64,000 bases of DNA from the NCBI GenBank assembly GCA_020846775.1, contig JADLDG010000035.1:31569-95568 (forward strand). The letters run 5' to 3'. This DNA comes from Nitrospirota bacterium. Its GTDB lineage: Bacteria > Nitrospirota > 9FT-COMBO-42-15 > HDB-SIOI813. This document shows, in pieces, positions 31,827 through 41,137 of this stretch; within the stretch, counting starts at the first letter, position 1; each line of letters starts with the position of its first letter. Below the pieces are notes generated by a model. It worked only from the letters and a program-made list of their open reading frames with translations, was not told where the DNA came from and made no database searches. The position numbers and the translations under genes were made by a program.

Positions 31827-32292
31827 ATGTTAGAACACAAACTGCGTATGCAGATATACCTTCACCCTTTCCAATTGCTCCAATACCTTCACTGGTCGTA
31901 GCCTTGACATTTACCTGACTCACATTAATTTCCAGGGCTTTGGCAATGTTGCCCATCATTGCATCTCTGTATGGCAGAACCCTGGGCGCCTCAGCAATTA
32001 TTACAGAATCCAAATTTGAAACACAGAACCCTTTTTGCGTTATAATGCTATTTGTCCTCTTCAATAATTCAATACTTGAGATACCCTTTAAAGATAGGTC
32101 TGTGTTAGGGAAATGTATTCCTATATCTCCCTCGCCAGCAGCGCCAAGCATAGCATCACAAAGGGCATGGAGTAATACATCTGCATCCGAGTGTCCTATA
32201 AGTTTCTTGTCAAAGGGGATACGCACATTACCAAGTATCACTGCATCACCCTCTCCAAACCTGTGGATATCAAAACCGATGCCAGTCCTCAT
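31819..32292 (-). CDS. ispF: 2-C-methyl-D-erythritol 2,4-cyclodiphosphate synthase
   Basis: [12 protein letters not shown] ... [10 protein letters not shown] metal-binding motifs. 157 aa. Confidence 0.9.
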   Translation of the reverse strand: MRTGIGFDIHRFGEGDAVILGNVRIPFDKKLIGHSDADVLLHALCDAMLGAAGEGDIGIHFPNTDLSLKGISSIELLKRTNSIITQKGFCVSNLDSVIIAEAPRVLPYRDAMMGNIAKALEINVSQVNVKATTSEGIGAIGKGEGISAYAVCVLTYV

Positions 32293-32993
32293 TTCATGCT
32301 CTTTTTCCCACGCATCATTAATATCATGTCAGCAACCAGCAGGTCCTCTTTTGTAGTAATCTTTATATTGTCCGGGGTTCCTTCCACTATTTTAACCTTA
32401 TAACCGAGTCTCTCCACCAATGATGACTCATCTGTACCTGTAAATTTGTCATTATATGCCCTGACATACGCCTCCTCCAATATACGCCTCTTAAATACCT
32501 GCGGAGTCTGCGCATACCACATAACAGAACGGTCCGGGGTAGATATTATTATACCATCAACACCAACATTCTTAATCGTGTCCTTAACAGGGACTGCAGT
32601 AACGACCCCGTCAGTAAACATAGCCAGCTTTATTGCCTCACTTATTGTCTTCTGAGACACAAATGGTCTAACCCCGTCATGTACTACGACGATTTCCGTA
32701 TCTTCATCAAGCTCTTTAATCCCCCTGTAAACTGAATCCTGACGCCTTTCTCCTCCTATGACAATCTTTAAGACCTTCTTAAACCCATACCTCTCAACAA
32801 CTTCTTTTAGACAATAATTCTCCTCTCCTGACCTTGTAACGACAAGTATCTGATTGACATCAGGACATCTTTCAACCGCATCAAGAGTATACGCAAGTAC
32901 CGGTTTGTCTCCGAGGTGGATAAAGTGTTTGGGTGTGGAATGAAGCATCCGCGTCCCTTTACCTCCCGCCGGTATTATTGCAGTTACCTTCAC
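32289..32993 (-). CDS. ispD: 2-C-methyl-D-erythritol 4-phosphate cytidylyltransferase
   Basis: AIIPAGGKGTRM nucleotidyltransferase motif. 4-nt overlap with ispF. Confidence 0.85.
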   Translation of the reverse strand: MKVTAIIPAGGKGTRMLHSTPKHFIHLGDKPVLAYTLDAVERCPDVNQILVVTRSGEENYCLKEVVERYGFKKVLKIVIGGERRQDSVYRGIKELDEDTEIVVVHDGVRPFVSQKTISEAIKLAMFTDGVVTAVPVKDTIKNVGVDGIIISTPDRSVMWYAQTPQVFKRRILEEAYVRAYNDKFTGTDESSLVERLGYKVKIVEGTPDNIKITTKEDLLVADMILMMRGKKSMK

Positions 32994-33013
32994 TCGAAAT
33001 AGCCTTTCAAATC

Positions 33014-33093
33014 CCCCCTGCCCCCCTTTTCTAAAGTGGGGTAACTAATTCCCCCCTTTGAAAAAGGGGGATTAAGGGGGATTAAGGGGGATT
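33014..33093. repeat. G/C-tract palindrome plus tandem decamer repeat (GGGGGATTAA)x3
   Basis: Visible directly in the sequence: cccccctttgaaaaaggggg followed by gattaaggggg three times. It lies in the htrA-ispD intergenic region and stands out in an AT-rich genome. Confidence 0.6.
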
Positions 33094-33107
33094 ATTTTCA
33101 TGTACCT

Positions 33108-34622
33108 TTATGGAGACAGTGTAACGTAAATCGTCATTCCGTCACGATAAATGAGGATTAAAACACTATCCCCTGATTTTATTTCTTCTGCAATCTTATT
33201 AAAATCTTTGACCGACTTAATATCCTTCCGGTTTATTTGCAAAATTACATCACCTGCCTTAAGTCCGTAGTCTTCAGCAGGAGTATCTGCATTCACTCCT
33301 GCAACTATTATCCCTTTGATTTTTTCTGGGATATCATATCGCTGCCTTAATTCAGGAGTAAGGCTCTGTATTGTTAATCCCTGAAAAAAGCCGCCCGCAC
33401 TTCCTTCTCCGTTTTCTCCCTTAGCCATTTCTGCAGGAAGTTCTCCAATAACAACTTTGATCAGCTCTGTCCTTCCATCCCTAATTACCTTAACGTCAAT
33501 AGTCTTTCCAACTTGTGTCTGAGCAACGATATTTCTGAGATGTGAATTATTCTCAACCTCTTTACCATTGTACTGTAATATTACATCACCCCTCTGAAGC
33601 CCCGCCTTATCCGCCGGACTGCCTTCCATAACATCACTGACAAGCGCCCCCCTGTTGCTGCTGAGCTTAAACTGTTTTGCCAGCTCCGGGGTAATGTCCT
33701 GTATATAAACCCCAAGCCATCCCCGGGTAACCCTTCCCTCTTTGACCAGACTGTCCATGACAGATTTAGCCATGTTACTCGGCACAGCAAAACCTATCCC
33801 CATATAGCCGCCGCTTCTCGTAAATATGGCGGTATTTATTCCTATCAACTCACCCCTTATATTTACGAGGGCGCCGCCGGAATTACCGGGATTAATTGCA
33901 GCATCTGTCTGAATAAAATCCTCATAATCAGCAATACCTACATTTGCCCTTCCTTTAGCGCTTATGATACCACTCGTAACCGTCTGATTGAGACCGAACG
34001 GACTGCCTATTGCAAGGACAAACTCTCCAACCTCAATATTATCAGAATCTCCCCACACTATAGCCGGCAGATCGCTGGCCTTAATTTTTACTATTGCGAG
34101 ATCAGTCTTTGGGTCTGCACCAACCACCTTACCGACATATTCCTTTCTGTCAGACAGCACAACCTTTATTTCATCAGCACCCTCAACTACATGGTTATTT
34201 GTCACAATATAGCCATCATCAGTGACAATTACTCCGGAACCGAGACTCTGCTCTTTATGTTTTCGAGGCATCTCATGCTCTCTGAAAAGGTCATCGCCAA
34301 AAAAACGCCTGAAAAAAGGGTCATTAAAGAAGGGGGACAACTGTCCTTTTTCCATCCCTCTCATCGTCTTGGTAGTTGAGATGTTTACTACAGCCGGAGT
34401 TACACGCTTGGAAATTTCAACAAAGGCCTTTTCAGTTTCAGCCAATTGCTGAGTGATCCTGGGTGGAATGGGTTCAACCTTGGCCTGACCAAGGGGAATC
34501 CAGCCAAGATTAGAAGAAATAATAACGCCGGCCGTTACACCAATAGAAATAAGTATAATTGCAATTACGACATTTTTCTTTTCAAGTCTCTTTAAAAAAC
34601 CCATTATAAATCCCCTCCTCAA
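33108..34622 (-). CDS. htrA: periplasmic serine endoprotease DegP/HtrA with two PDZ domains
   Basis: Catalytic triad context (HVVEGAD ... DLAIVKI ... GNSGGAL) plus two PDZ-like segments. N-terminal TM/signal segment. Confidence 0.85.
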   Translation of the reverse strand: MRRGFIMGFLKRLEKKNVVIAIILISIGVTAGVIISSNLGWIPLGQAKVEPIPPRITQQLAETEKAFVEISKRVTPAVVNISTTKTMRGMEKGQLSPFFNDPFFRRFFGDDLFREHEMPRKHKEQSLGSGVIVTDDGYIVTNNHVVEGADEIKVVLSDRKEYVGKVVGADPKTDLAIVKIKASDLPAIVWGDSDNIEVGEFVLAIGSPFGLNQTVTSGIISAKGRANVGIADYEDFIQTDAAINPGNSGGALVNIRGELIGINTAIFTRSGGYMGIGFAVPSNMAKSVMDSLVKEGRVTRGWLGVYIQDITPELAKQFKLSSNRGALVSDVMEGSPADKAGLQRGDVILQYNGKEVENNSHLRNIVAQTQVGKTIDVKVIRDGRTELIKVVIGELPAEMAKGENGEGSAGGFFQGLTIQSLTPELRQRYDIPEKIKGIIVAGVNADTPAEDYGLKAGDVILQINRKDIKSVKDFNKIAEEIKSGDSVLILIYRDGMTIYVTLSP

Positions 34623-34721
34623 GAGTTAAGATATTAATTCACATTATATTATTATTCAGATTAAATTGTAAAGAAGACTTGAGTATTGACATTGCAGTTG
34701 TTTTTAGGATAGTTTGCAATC

Positions 34722-36098
34722 ATGAACCATAAGCCTGTCAGCCTGGAAGAAAAAGACAAGAGATACATATGGCATCCCTTTACACAGATGAAGGAGTGGC
34801 TGGCTGAAACCCCTCTTGTAATTGATAAGGGGGCCGGCTCGTACATTTTCGACACAAAAGGGAGGAAATATATAGACGGGTCATCTTCCATATGGGTTAA
34901 CATTCATGGGCACAGAAAAAAAGAGATTGACACGGCAATTCAGGGACAACTCAAAAAAATAGCCCACAGCACTCTACTCGGCCTTTCAAATACAGCCTCA
35001 ATACTGTTGGCTGAAAAACTAATCGGACTGGCACATAACTCCGGACTTCATTCCATGTCAAAGGTTTTTTACTCAGATAATGGCTCAACTGCAGTTGAAG
35101 TAGGACTAAAGATGGCATTCAGCTACTGGCAGCTTAAAGGAGGCAGATATAAGAAGAAGACTAAATTTCTTGCATTGGAAAATGCATATCATGGAGATAC
35201 GATCGGCTCTGTGAGCCTCGGAGGTATAGACCTGTTTCACAAATTATATAAACCCCTGCTGTTTGAAACCATAAGAATCCCCTCACCTGACTGCTACAGG
35301 TGTAAGGCTGGCAGCGCTTATCCTGATTGCGACCTGACATGTGCGAGAGAGACAGAAAGGATATTCAGACGACATCATAAGGAGATAGCAGCTATCATTA
35401 TTGAGCCGATAGTACAGGCTGCTGCGGGAATAATCATATCTCCACCAGGGTATCTCAGTCTGATTAGTTCAATATGTAAGCAATATGATATCTTATTCAT
35501 CGCGGATGAGGTTGCAACTGGGTTTGGACGTACCGGGAAAATGTTTGCATGTGAACATGAAGGGATCCATCCTGATATGATGGCAATTGCCAAAGGGATT
35601 ACCGGCGGGTATCTTCCGCTAGCAGCCACATTAGTCACTGACGATATATACAATGCATTCCTTGGAGAGTATAGGGAGTTTAAGACTTTTTTCCATGGTC
35701 ACAGCTACACAGGTAATCCCCTTGGATGTGCTGCTGCCATAGCAAACATTGATATTTTTGAACATGATAAAGTCCTTGAGAAGGTCAGGATGAAAGGCCG
35801 CCTGCTTGAGAAGCTGCTTGCCCCATTGAAGGATCACCCCCATATCGGAGATATCAGGCAAAAGGGGCTGATGGCAGGCATAGAGCTTGTACAAGATAAA
35901 TCAGCAAAGACACCATACCCACTGGAAGATAAAACCGGCTACCGGGTATGCACAAGAGCAAGAGATATGGGGCTTATATTAAGGCCTATCGGAAATGTTA
36001 TTGTATTAATGCCGCCTCTTAGTATATCATCAGCAGCTTTAAAAAAAATGGCCTCCATAATTGTCCATGCTATAGACTCAGTCACAGGCAGTGGATAA
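34722..36098 (+). CDS. bioA: adenosylmethionine-8-amino-7-oxononanoate aminotransferase
   Basis: YIWHPFTQM N-terminus. Class III aminotransferase with PLP lysine context (AIAKGITGGYLPL). 458 aa. Confidence 0.85.
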   Translation: MNHKPVSLEEKDKRYIWHPFTQMKEWLAETPLVIDKGAGSYIFDTKGRKYIDGSSSIWVNIHGHRKKEIDTAIQGQLKKIAHSTLLGLSNTASILLAEKLIGLAHNSGLHSMSKVFYSDNGSTAVEVGLKMAFSYWQLKGGRYKKKTKFLALENAYHGDTIGSVSLGGIDLFHKLYKPLLFETIRIPSPDCYRCKAGSAYPDCDLTCARETERIFRRHHKEIAAIIIEPIVQAAAGIIISPPGYLSLISSICKQYDILFIADEVATGFGRTGKMFACEHEGIHPDMMAIAKGITGGYLPLAATLVTDDIYNAFLGEYREFKTFFHGHSYTGNPLGCAAAIANIDIFEHDKVLEKVRMKGRLLEKLLAPLKDHPHIGDIRQKGLMAGIELVQDKSAKTPYPLEDKTGYRVCTRARDMGLILRPIGNVIVLMPPLSISSAALKKMASIIVHAIDSVTGSG

Positions 36099-36233
36099 CG
36101 GAAACCATTAAAAACAAATCAATAAATATCGTTTACACCTATACATGCGTTGGCATAACCAATAAAACTTCTTGAAATTTACATGGCTAATATGTTATCA
36201 ATACAGATTGCTAATATTTGCAGGAGGGAATAA

Positions 36234-36590
36234 TTGACACGGACAATACAGTATTACATTGACAGACATGCAAAAAAAACTCTAAAACAAATAAACAACA
36301 AACTAAGAAGATTTGTGTTATGCACCTTTAATCAAAAATATATCGAGGAGAAACAGAAGGCAAGATTTGGAGATTGCTTCCAGTGCGGAAAGTGCTGCAG
36401 CCTGATATTGAAATGTCCTTTCCTTGAGGGTACTGACGGAAACACTAAGTGTGCAATTTATAATACTGGAAGGCCAAAACAGTGCGAGGCATTTCCTATT
36501 GACCATAAAGATTTACGTGATGTAGATTTCCTCTGCGGTTATTTTTTTAGCGAAGAGTTAAAAAAACCACAATTCAGTATGACAGAATGA
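36234..36590 (+). CDS. YkgJ/UPF0153-family putative Fe/Zn-chelating protein (CxxCxxCC)
   Basis: CFQCGKCCS motif plus further Cys pairs. 118 aa. Confidence 0.45.
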   Translation: MTRTIQYYIDRHAKKTLKQINNKLRRFVLCTFNQKYIEEKQKARFGDCFQCGKCCSLILKCPFLEGTDGNTKCAIYNTGRPKQCEAFPIDHKDLRDVDFLCGYFFSEELKKPQFSMTE

Positions 36591-36673
36591 CCATAATTCA
36601 CAATCCGATATAAATCTTAATTACATTAGAACGTCAAATATTGATTTAATTGAAACGAATTGCCTTGCCTCCT

Positions 36674-38755
36674 TTAATCACTATTTATTATACCTTCAAT
36701 CTTCTTCAGGAGTTCTTCCATGTTGTAAGGTTTAATAATATAATTTCCCCCGATCTTCCTGATTAATGCATCAGCCCTCCCCCCAAGCACATCACCCGTA
36801 GAAAAAAGCATCTTGTTCTCCATATACGGCTTATTTTTGCTTACCCATTCGAATACCCCTGCTCCATCTATCCCCGGCATCTTAAAATCACATATGATCA
36901 TGTCGAAATCTTCATTATTCAATTTGCTGATTGCCTCATTACCTGAATTTGCCCCTTCAACAATATATTTGTTCCCTACTATGTGTATCATTACGTCAAG
37001 CTGGTCTTCTTCATCATCAACTATCAGAATTTTCTTCAGCTTCACATCAGGAACATTAACAACTTCTTCAATAGAGGTCAGAAGAGAGTGATACACTGCA
37101 TCTTCTGCAGAAGGTATGGGCATTCGAATAGTAAATTGCGTCCTGCCGTTTTCACTGCTGGCAGTTATGTCGCCGCCATGCTCACGTATTATACCGTAAC
37201 ACAGACTGAGTCCAAGTCCGGTGCCCCTGCCAACTTCTTTGCTTGTATAGAATGGATCAAAGATTTTGCTTATAGCCTCCTTAGGTATTTCCGGTCCATT
37301 GTTAATAAATTCAATATTGATTTCATCATCCTTTACACTCGATTTAATTTCCAGAATTCCACCGGCACCCCCTTTTTCTTCAATGGCATCACAGGCATTG
37401 TTGATAATATTTACAAAGACCTGTTCAATCTGTCTTTCATCAGCAAATGTCAACGGCATAGTATCATCAAGATCTGACTTAAGGGTTATGGCAGTTGATG
37501 ACAGCCTGTAATGAAGCAGTGATATTACACTTTGCAGTATACTATTAATATTAACAGAACTTTTGTGAGGTTTATCCTGTCTTGAAAAGCGCAACAATGA
37601 TTCAACAATACGTTTTGCGCCAATTGCCGAACGATTTACGGTCTTTATCAGCTTTAATTCATTCTCCTCAAGCGATGACTGCTGGAGAAGTTCAGAATAG
37701 ACTAATATAGGGAGGAGCCTGTTATTGAGTTCATGCGCAATGCCCGAGACAAAAGTAACAAGTGAAGCGAGTTTTTCAGTCTGCAAGAGCCTTTTCTCAA
37801 GCATCTTACGCTCAGTAATATCCTTTGCCACCCCGAGTAAACCAATTATCCCCTGACCGCTGCTCCTAAGGGGGGTAAAACTGCACAATGTCTGCCATAC
37901 GGTTTCGTCCTTGCCTTTAAGATCCATCTCAAGGGTCTTCTTCCCACCCTGTTTGAGCACCTGAACAAAGGCACGTATAGCCTCCTCACTCATTAACAGG
38001 GTATCAAACACCTGACCGACAAGTTCATCCTTAGTATATCCAAGGTCCTCCACTCTTTTATTAAGGAAGATGAATCTGCCTTCATTGTCTATGGTAAATA
38101 TTATATCACTGGCGTTCTCAAAGATATTTTTCAGATATTCGTGAGACTCCTCTATTTCTTTAGTCCTCTCAATAACCGTCAATTGCAGGTGTTTGTTTAA
38201 CAGCTCAAGGTCTTTCTGAAGACGGACAAGATTTATAAGATGGCCAATAGTTGTAGAAAGAATAGAGAAGACCTTCTCATGGTGCTTACTGAAAAACTTA
38301 TGTTTACTGTGAGAAAGGTTTAACACACCCAAACACCGCCCGCCGGCAGAAACCGGCAGACAGAGTAAAGACCCTATGTCAACGGCTGATTTTAGTTTCA
38401 CAAATCTGACATCGTTATCTACATCTGATATGAGTATAGGGGCATTGTTTTTTGCAACCATACCTGCGACCCCTTCGCCTACTCTGAATGCCCTGTCATG
38501 AACCTCCTCATTCCTATCTGCCTCCGGAGGTGAAACGCCTGCCTGATTTACTACGTAATTACCACTATCATCGAGAAGCATAATTGAACAATGTTCAAGG
38601 CCAAGCTCATCAGACAGTATTTTCACAACCTCATCACATATAGACTTCACGTCGGACTTCTTATTCAGCATCGCGACAATACGCTGGAAGGCTGATAGAC
38701 TTTGCATGACGTCGCTGTAAAACTGTTGTAGTTCTGAATTAATATCCAAACTCAC
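36674..38755 (-). CDS. hybrid sensor histidine kinase (GAF-PAS-HisKA-HATPase-REC)
   Basis: N-terminal GAF. PAS region. H-box (IAHELNNRL). HATPase N/G boxes (INNACDA ... GRGTGLGLS). C-terminal receiver (KILIVDDEEDQ ... MIICDFKMPGIDG). RBS TAAGGAGTG upstream. Confidence 0.75.
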   Translation of the reverse strand: MSLDINSELQQFYSDVMQSLSAFQRIVAMLNKKSDVKSICDEVVKILSDELGLEHCSIMLLDDSGNYVVNQAGVSPPEADRNEEVHDRAFRVGEGVAGMVAKNNAPILISDVDNDVRFVKLKSAVDIGSLLCLPVSAGGRCLGVLNLSHSKHKFFSKHHEKVFSILSTTIGHLINLVRLQKDLELLNKHLQLTVIERTKEIEESHEYLKNIFENASDIIFTIDNEGRFIFLNKRVEDLGYTKDELVGQVFDTLLMSEEAIRAFVQVLKQGGKKTLEMDLKGKDETVWQTLCSFTPLRSSGQGIIGLLGVAKDITERKMLEKRLLQTEKLASLVTFVSGIAHELNNRLLPILVYSELLQQSSLEENELKLIKTVNRSAIGAKRIVESLLRFSRQDKPHKSSVNINSILQSVISLLHYRLSSTAITLKSDLDDTMPLTFADERQIEQVFVNIINNACDAIEEKGGAGGILEIKSSVKDDEINIEFINNGPEIPKEAISKIFDPFYTSKEVGRGTGLGLSLCYGIIREHGGDITASSENGRTQFTIRMPIPSAEDAVYHSLLTSIEEVVNVPDVKLKKILIVDDEEDQLDVMIHIVGNKYIVEGANSGNEAISKLNNEDFDMIICDFKMPGIDGAGVFEWVSKNKPYMENKMLFSTGDVLGGRADALIRKIGGNYIIKPYNMEELLKKIEGIINSD

Positions 38756-39011
38756 TCCTTATTTAACCTGTTTATCACGCTGATTTTAACTTAAATTGAT
38801 CTATCTCACAAGCAAAACGAGTTCAATGCGTTTTACGGGTAATTCAATATATTCAAGAGTTACATTAGATGTTTTGAATGACATGCAGACTTGTTGGCAT
38901 TGCAGAATGGGCGATTACCACATCGCGCAGCATTTCTTAATCAGGTAAGATGATATTTTTTGGCCTTGGCTTAACGGGGCCGATAATTTTAGAGAACGGA
39001 CCCGTCTCTAT

Positions 39012-39428
39012 CTATTGTCCCACCAATTTTTCATTAAGTTCAGATAAACCATTTTTACCTTCTAAAAGAATTGGATTCAATTCATACTCTATAAGGTCCG
39101 CGAGGGTTATCCAATCCTTTCCTTCAAAGGCAGAGAGCATCTCTTTAAAGATATCAATGGATTTATTCCACGATGAAAGGGATTCTGATGAGATTTCGGA
39201 CTGTTCCAGACCATTCCTCAATTCCCTGATAAAATCCATAAGGTCGCTGAGATTGTCCATCAAGCCTGATATTTCATTAAAGACCCTCTCAGTTTGTTCA
39301 ATCCTGAGGGAATTGGCACAATCCATTAATCTGGCGCTGATCTGCCCAATACTCTCACAGGTGCTTATAATGCCATCAGTTATAGCTGTCAATAATTCCT
39401 CCCTTTTCTTAACATCTATGTTTGCCAT
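39012..39428 (-). CDS. hypothetical protein
   Basis: 138-aa acidic helical ORF. Its start overlaps the stop region of the upstream GT9-like gene (39416..39428), suggesting co-transcription with the flagellar modification island. Confidence 0.35.
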   Translation of the reverse strand: MANIDVKKREELLTAITDGIISTCESIGQISARLMDCANSLRIEQTERVFNEISGLMDNLSDLMDFIRELRNGLEQSEISSESLSSWNKSIDIFKEMLSAFEGKDWITLADLIEYELNPILLEGKNGLSELNEKLVGQ

Positions 39429-41134
39429 ACGCCTCTCCCTTCTAATGTTAAAGTGCTATTGTTGTTAAACGGTTCAATAAGCTGAATCATTGCAGAGGTC
39501 TGGATTATAAGATTCTTGTATAAGGTGCATGCTGCACTGGCTAAGACCGCTACGTCTTCGCCTTCAAGACTTTCTCTCCCGAATTTAAAGTAAATCACAA
39601 TGGGACGCAGTGCAATATTAGTAAAACCAATTATATCTATATCCTGATCAATTAGTGGTACATCTGCCCAGATATCTTTAATCTTTGCGATATCAGGATT
39701 TTCCCTCTTAGCCTCTTCCGCTATCAGGCTGACTTTTTCAAGTGCCCTCCCGGCTAATTCCTTAAGGCTCCTGAGTGCATCAATCTCATTACTAATTTCC
39801 CAACCGTTAATCCCTTCTGTCACCACTTTTGAAAAAAGGGATTTATCGGGATGATGGCGTAGCGGGGAATTCTCCGGCACAATGGAAGCAGCATTGTGAT
39901 CAAGGGTCTGCAGCCACACCAGTCTGTACAAGTGACGGAAAAAGTCTTCCCTGGTAATGGGCCTTTTGATCCTTGGTATGTACTCTAATAATCCATCATC
40001 AGAAAAGACGGCCTCATTAACCTGCATACCATCCCATAAAGGGGAGTCATCAACCTCCTTTAAACGACCATCGTTATAAAGCATCTCAATAACCCTGTAG
40101 ACACCATCCACACTGACAGTGTCATTACAGATCATGTCCTGACACTTTACATGAAAGCTGCAAGGGTGACAAGGGAGATTCGACTCTATTACTATATGTC
40201 CTTTCCCATATGGGCCGGTCTCACGGAAATAGGCCGCACCGAGGGAGATTCCTATAACCCTTGTCCCTACGGCCGTCGCAATATGCATTGTACCTGAATC
40301 GTTAGAAACAAGAAGATTACAGCACTTCAGATAGGCAGCAAGCTCCTTCAGCGATGTCTTGCCGACCATATCTATTACATCGCTTCCAACCCCCATCTTT
40401 ATTTCTTCACCCAGCGCCCTTTCGCCGCCTGAACCGAAGACTATAACCTTTGCTCCAAGCCTGCTCGTTAATTTCTTTGCAAGTTCAACATATCGTCCTG
40501 TGGCCCACATCTTATGTCTGTCACTAGCGCCCGGCTGAAATCCTATTACAAAATCACCACCGCTGACCCCCGATTTCCGTAATTGCGATTTAGCGGTATC
40601 AAAGACTTCTTCCGGGACTTCCAGAAAAAGTCCTTTTTCTTTCGGCATGGCCCCACCGGCCTTAATATATATGTCACATAGATGAAAAGGATTGTAAATC
40701 CTTCCAGGGACTATATTGAAGAAATATCTTAACCATGGATGTTTTATAAGGGAATGTCCTTTATTATCAGCAATGTATCCCCTGAACTCTTTAGAGCTGA
40801 CGAGAGACATTATGGCTGCACTCACTGTTGTATGAGTGAAGTTTATCACACAGTCATACCCGACCCTGTTTATATCCTCCAACATCTCTTCCATATACCT
40901 GTATTTGCTGACAAGACCGGGGAACTCACCACGCCCGCCCGCTATGAATCCATCCATATTGAAGCTTATGAGCCTGTCTACAAATGGGATGTAGTTACAT
41001 ATTTCGGCAAAGGCGGAGTTTATCAGCAACGTAATCCTGACATCAGTGTAGGCGTCTTTTAGACCTGCCATCACAGGGGTAGTTTGAACAAGGTCTCCCA
41101 TACGTGTAAGATTGATTATCAGGACATTTTTCAT
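39416..41134 (-). CDS. glycosyltransferase family 9 (heptosyltransferase-like) fused to a roughly 230-aa C-terminal domain of unknown function
   Basis: N-terminal NVLIINLTRMGDLVQTTPV pattern typical of GT9/RfaF-WaaC. C-terminal third has no recognisable motif. Confidence 0.5.
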   Translation of the reverse strand: MKNVLIINLTRMGDLVQTTPVMAGLKDAYTDVRITLLINSAFAEICNYIPFVDRLISFNMDGFIAGGRGEFPGLVSKYRYMEEMLEDINRVGYDCVINFTHTTVSAAIMSLVSSKEFRGYIADNKGHSLIKHPWLRYFFNIVPGRIYNPFHLCDIYIKAGGAMPKEKGLFLEVPEEVFDTAKSQLRKSGVSGGDFVIGFQPGASDRHKMWATGRYVELAKKLTSRLGAKVIVFGSGGERALGEEIKMGVGSDVIDMVGKTSLKELAAYLKCCNLLVSNDSGTMHIATAVGTRVIGISLGAAYFRETGPYGKGHIVIESNLPCHPCSFHVKCQDMICNDTVSVDGVYRVIEMLYNDGRLKEVDDSPLWDGMQVNEAVFSDDGLLEYIPRIKRPITREDFFRHLYRLVWLQTLDHNAASIVPENSPLRHHPDKSLFSKVVTEGINGWEISNEIDALRSLKELAGRALEKVSLIAEEAKRENPDIAKIKDIWADVPLIDQDIDIIGFTNIALRPIVIYFKFGRESLEGEDVAVLASAACTLYKNLIIQTSAMIQLIEPFNNNSTLTLEGRGVWQT

Positions 41135-41137
41135 TGA

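Noticed and set aside
33040-33093. Tandem GGGGGATTAA repeats considered as a CRISPR-like array
   Set aside because: The repeat unit is only 10 bp with no intervening unique spacers, and there are no cas genes nearby. It is a simple tandem repeat.
38979-38986. Perfect sigma-28 -10 box GCCGATAA on the plus strand upstream of the hybrid kinase region
   Set aside because: The -35 position reads TTGGCCTT, which is a poor match. It would drive transcription antisense to the minus-strand hypothetical gene 39012..39428, and the plus-strand ORF 38950..39468 looks like a low-complexity shadow ORF. Most likely a chance match.
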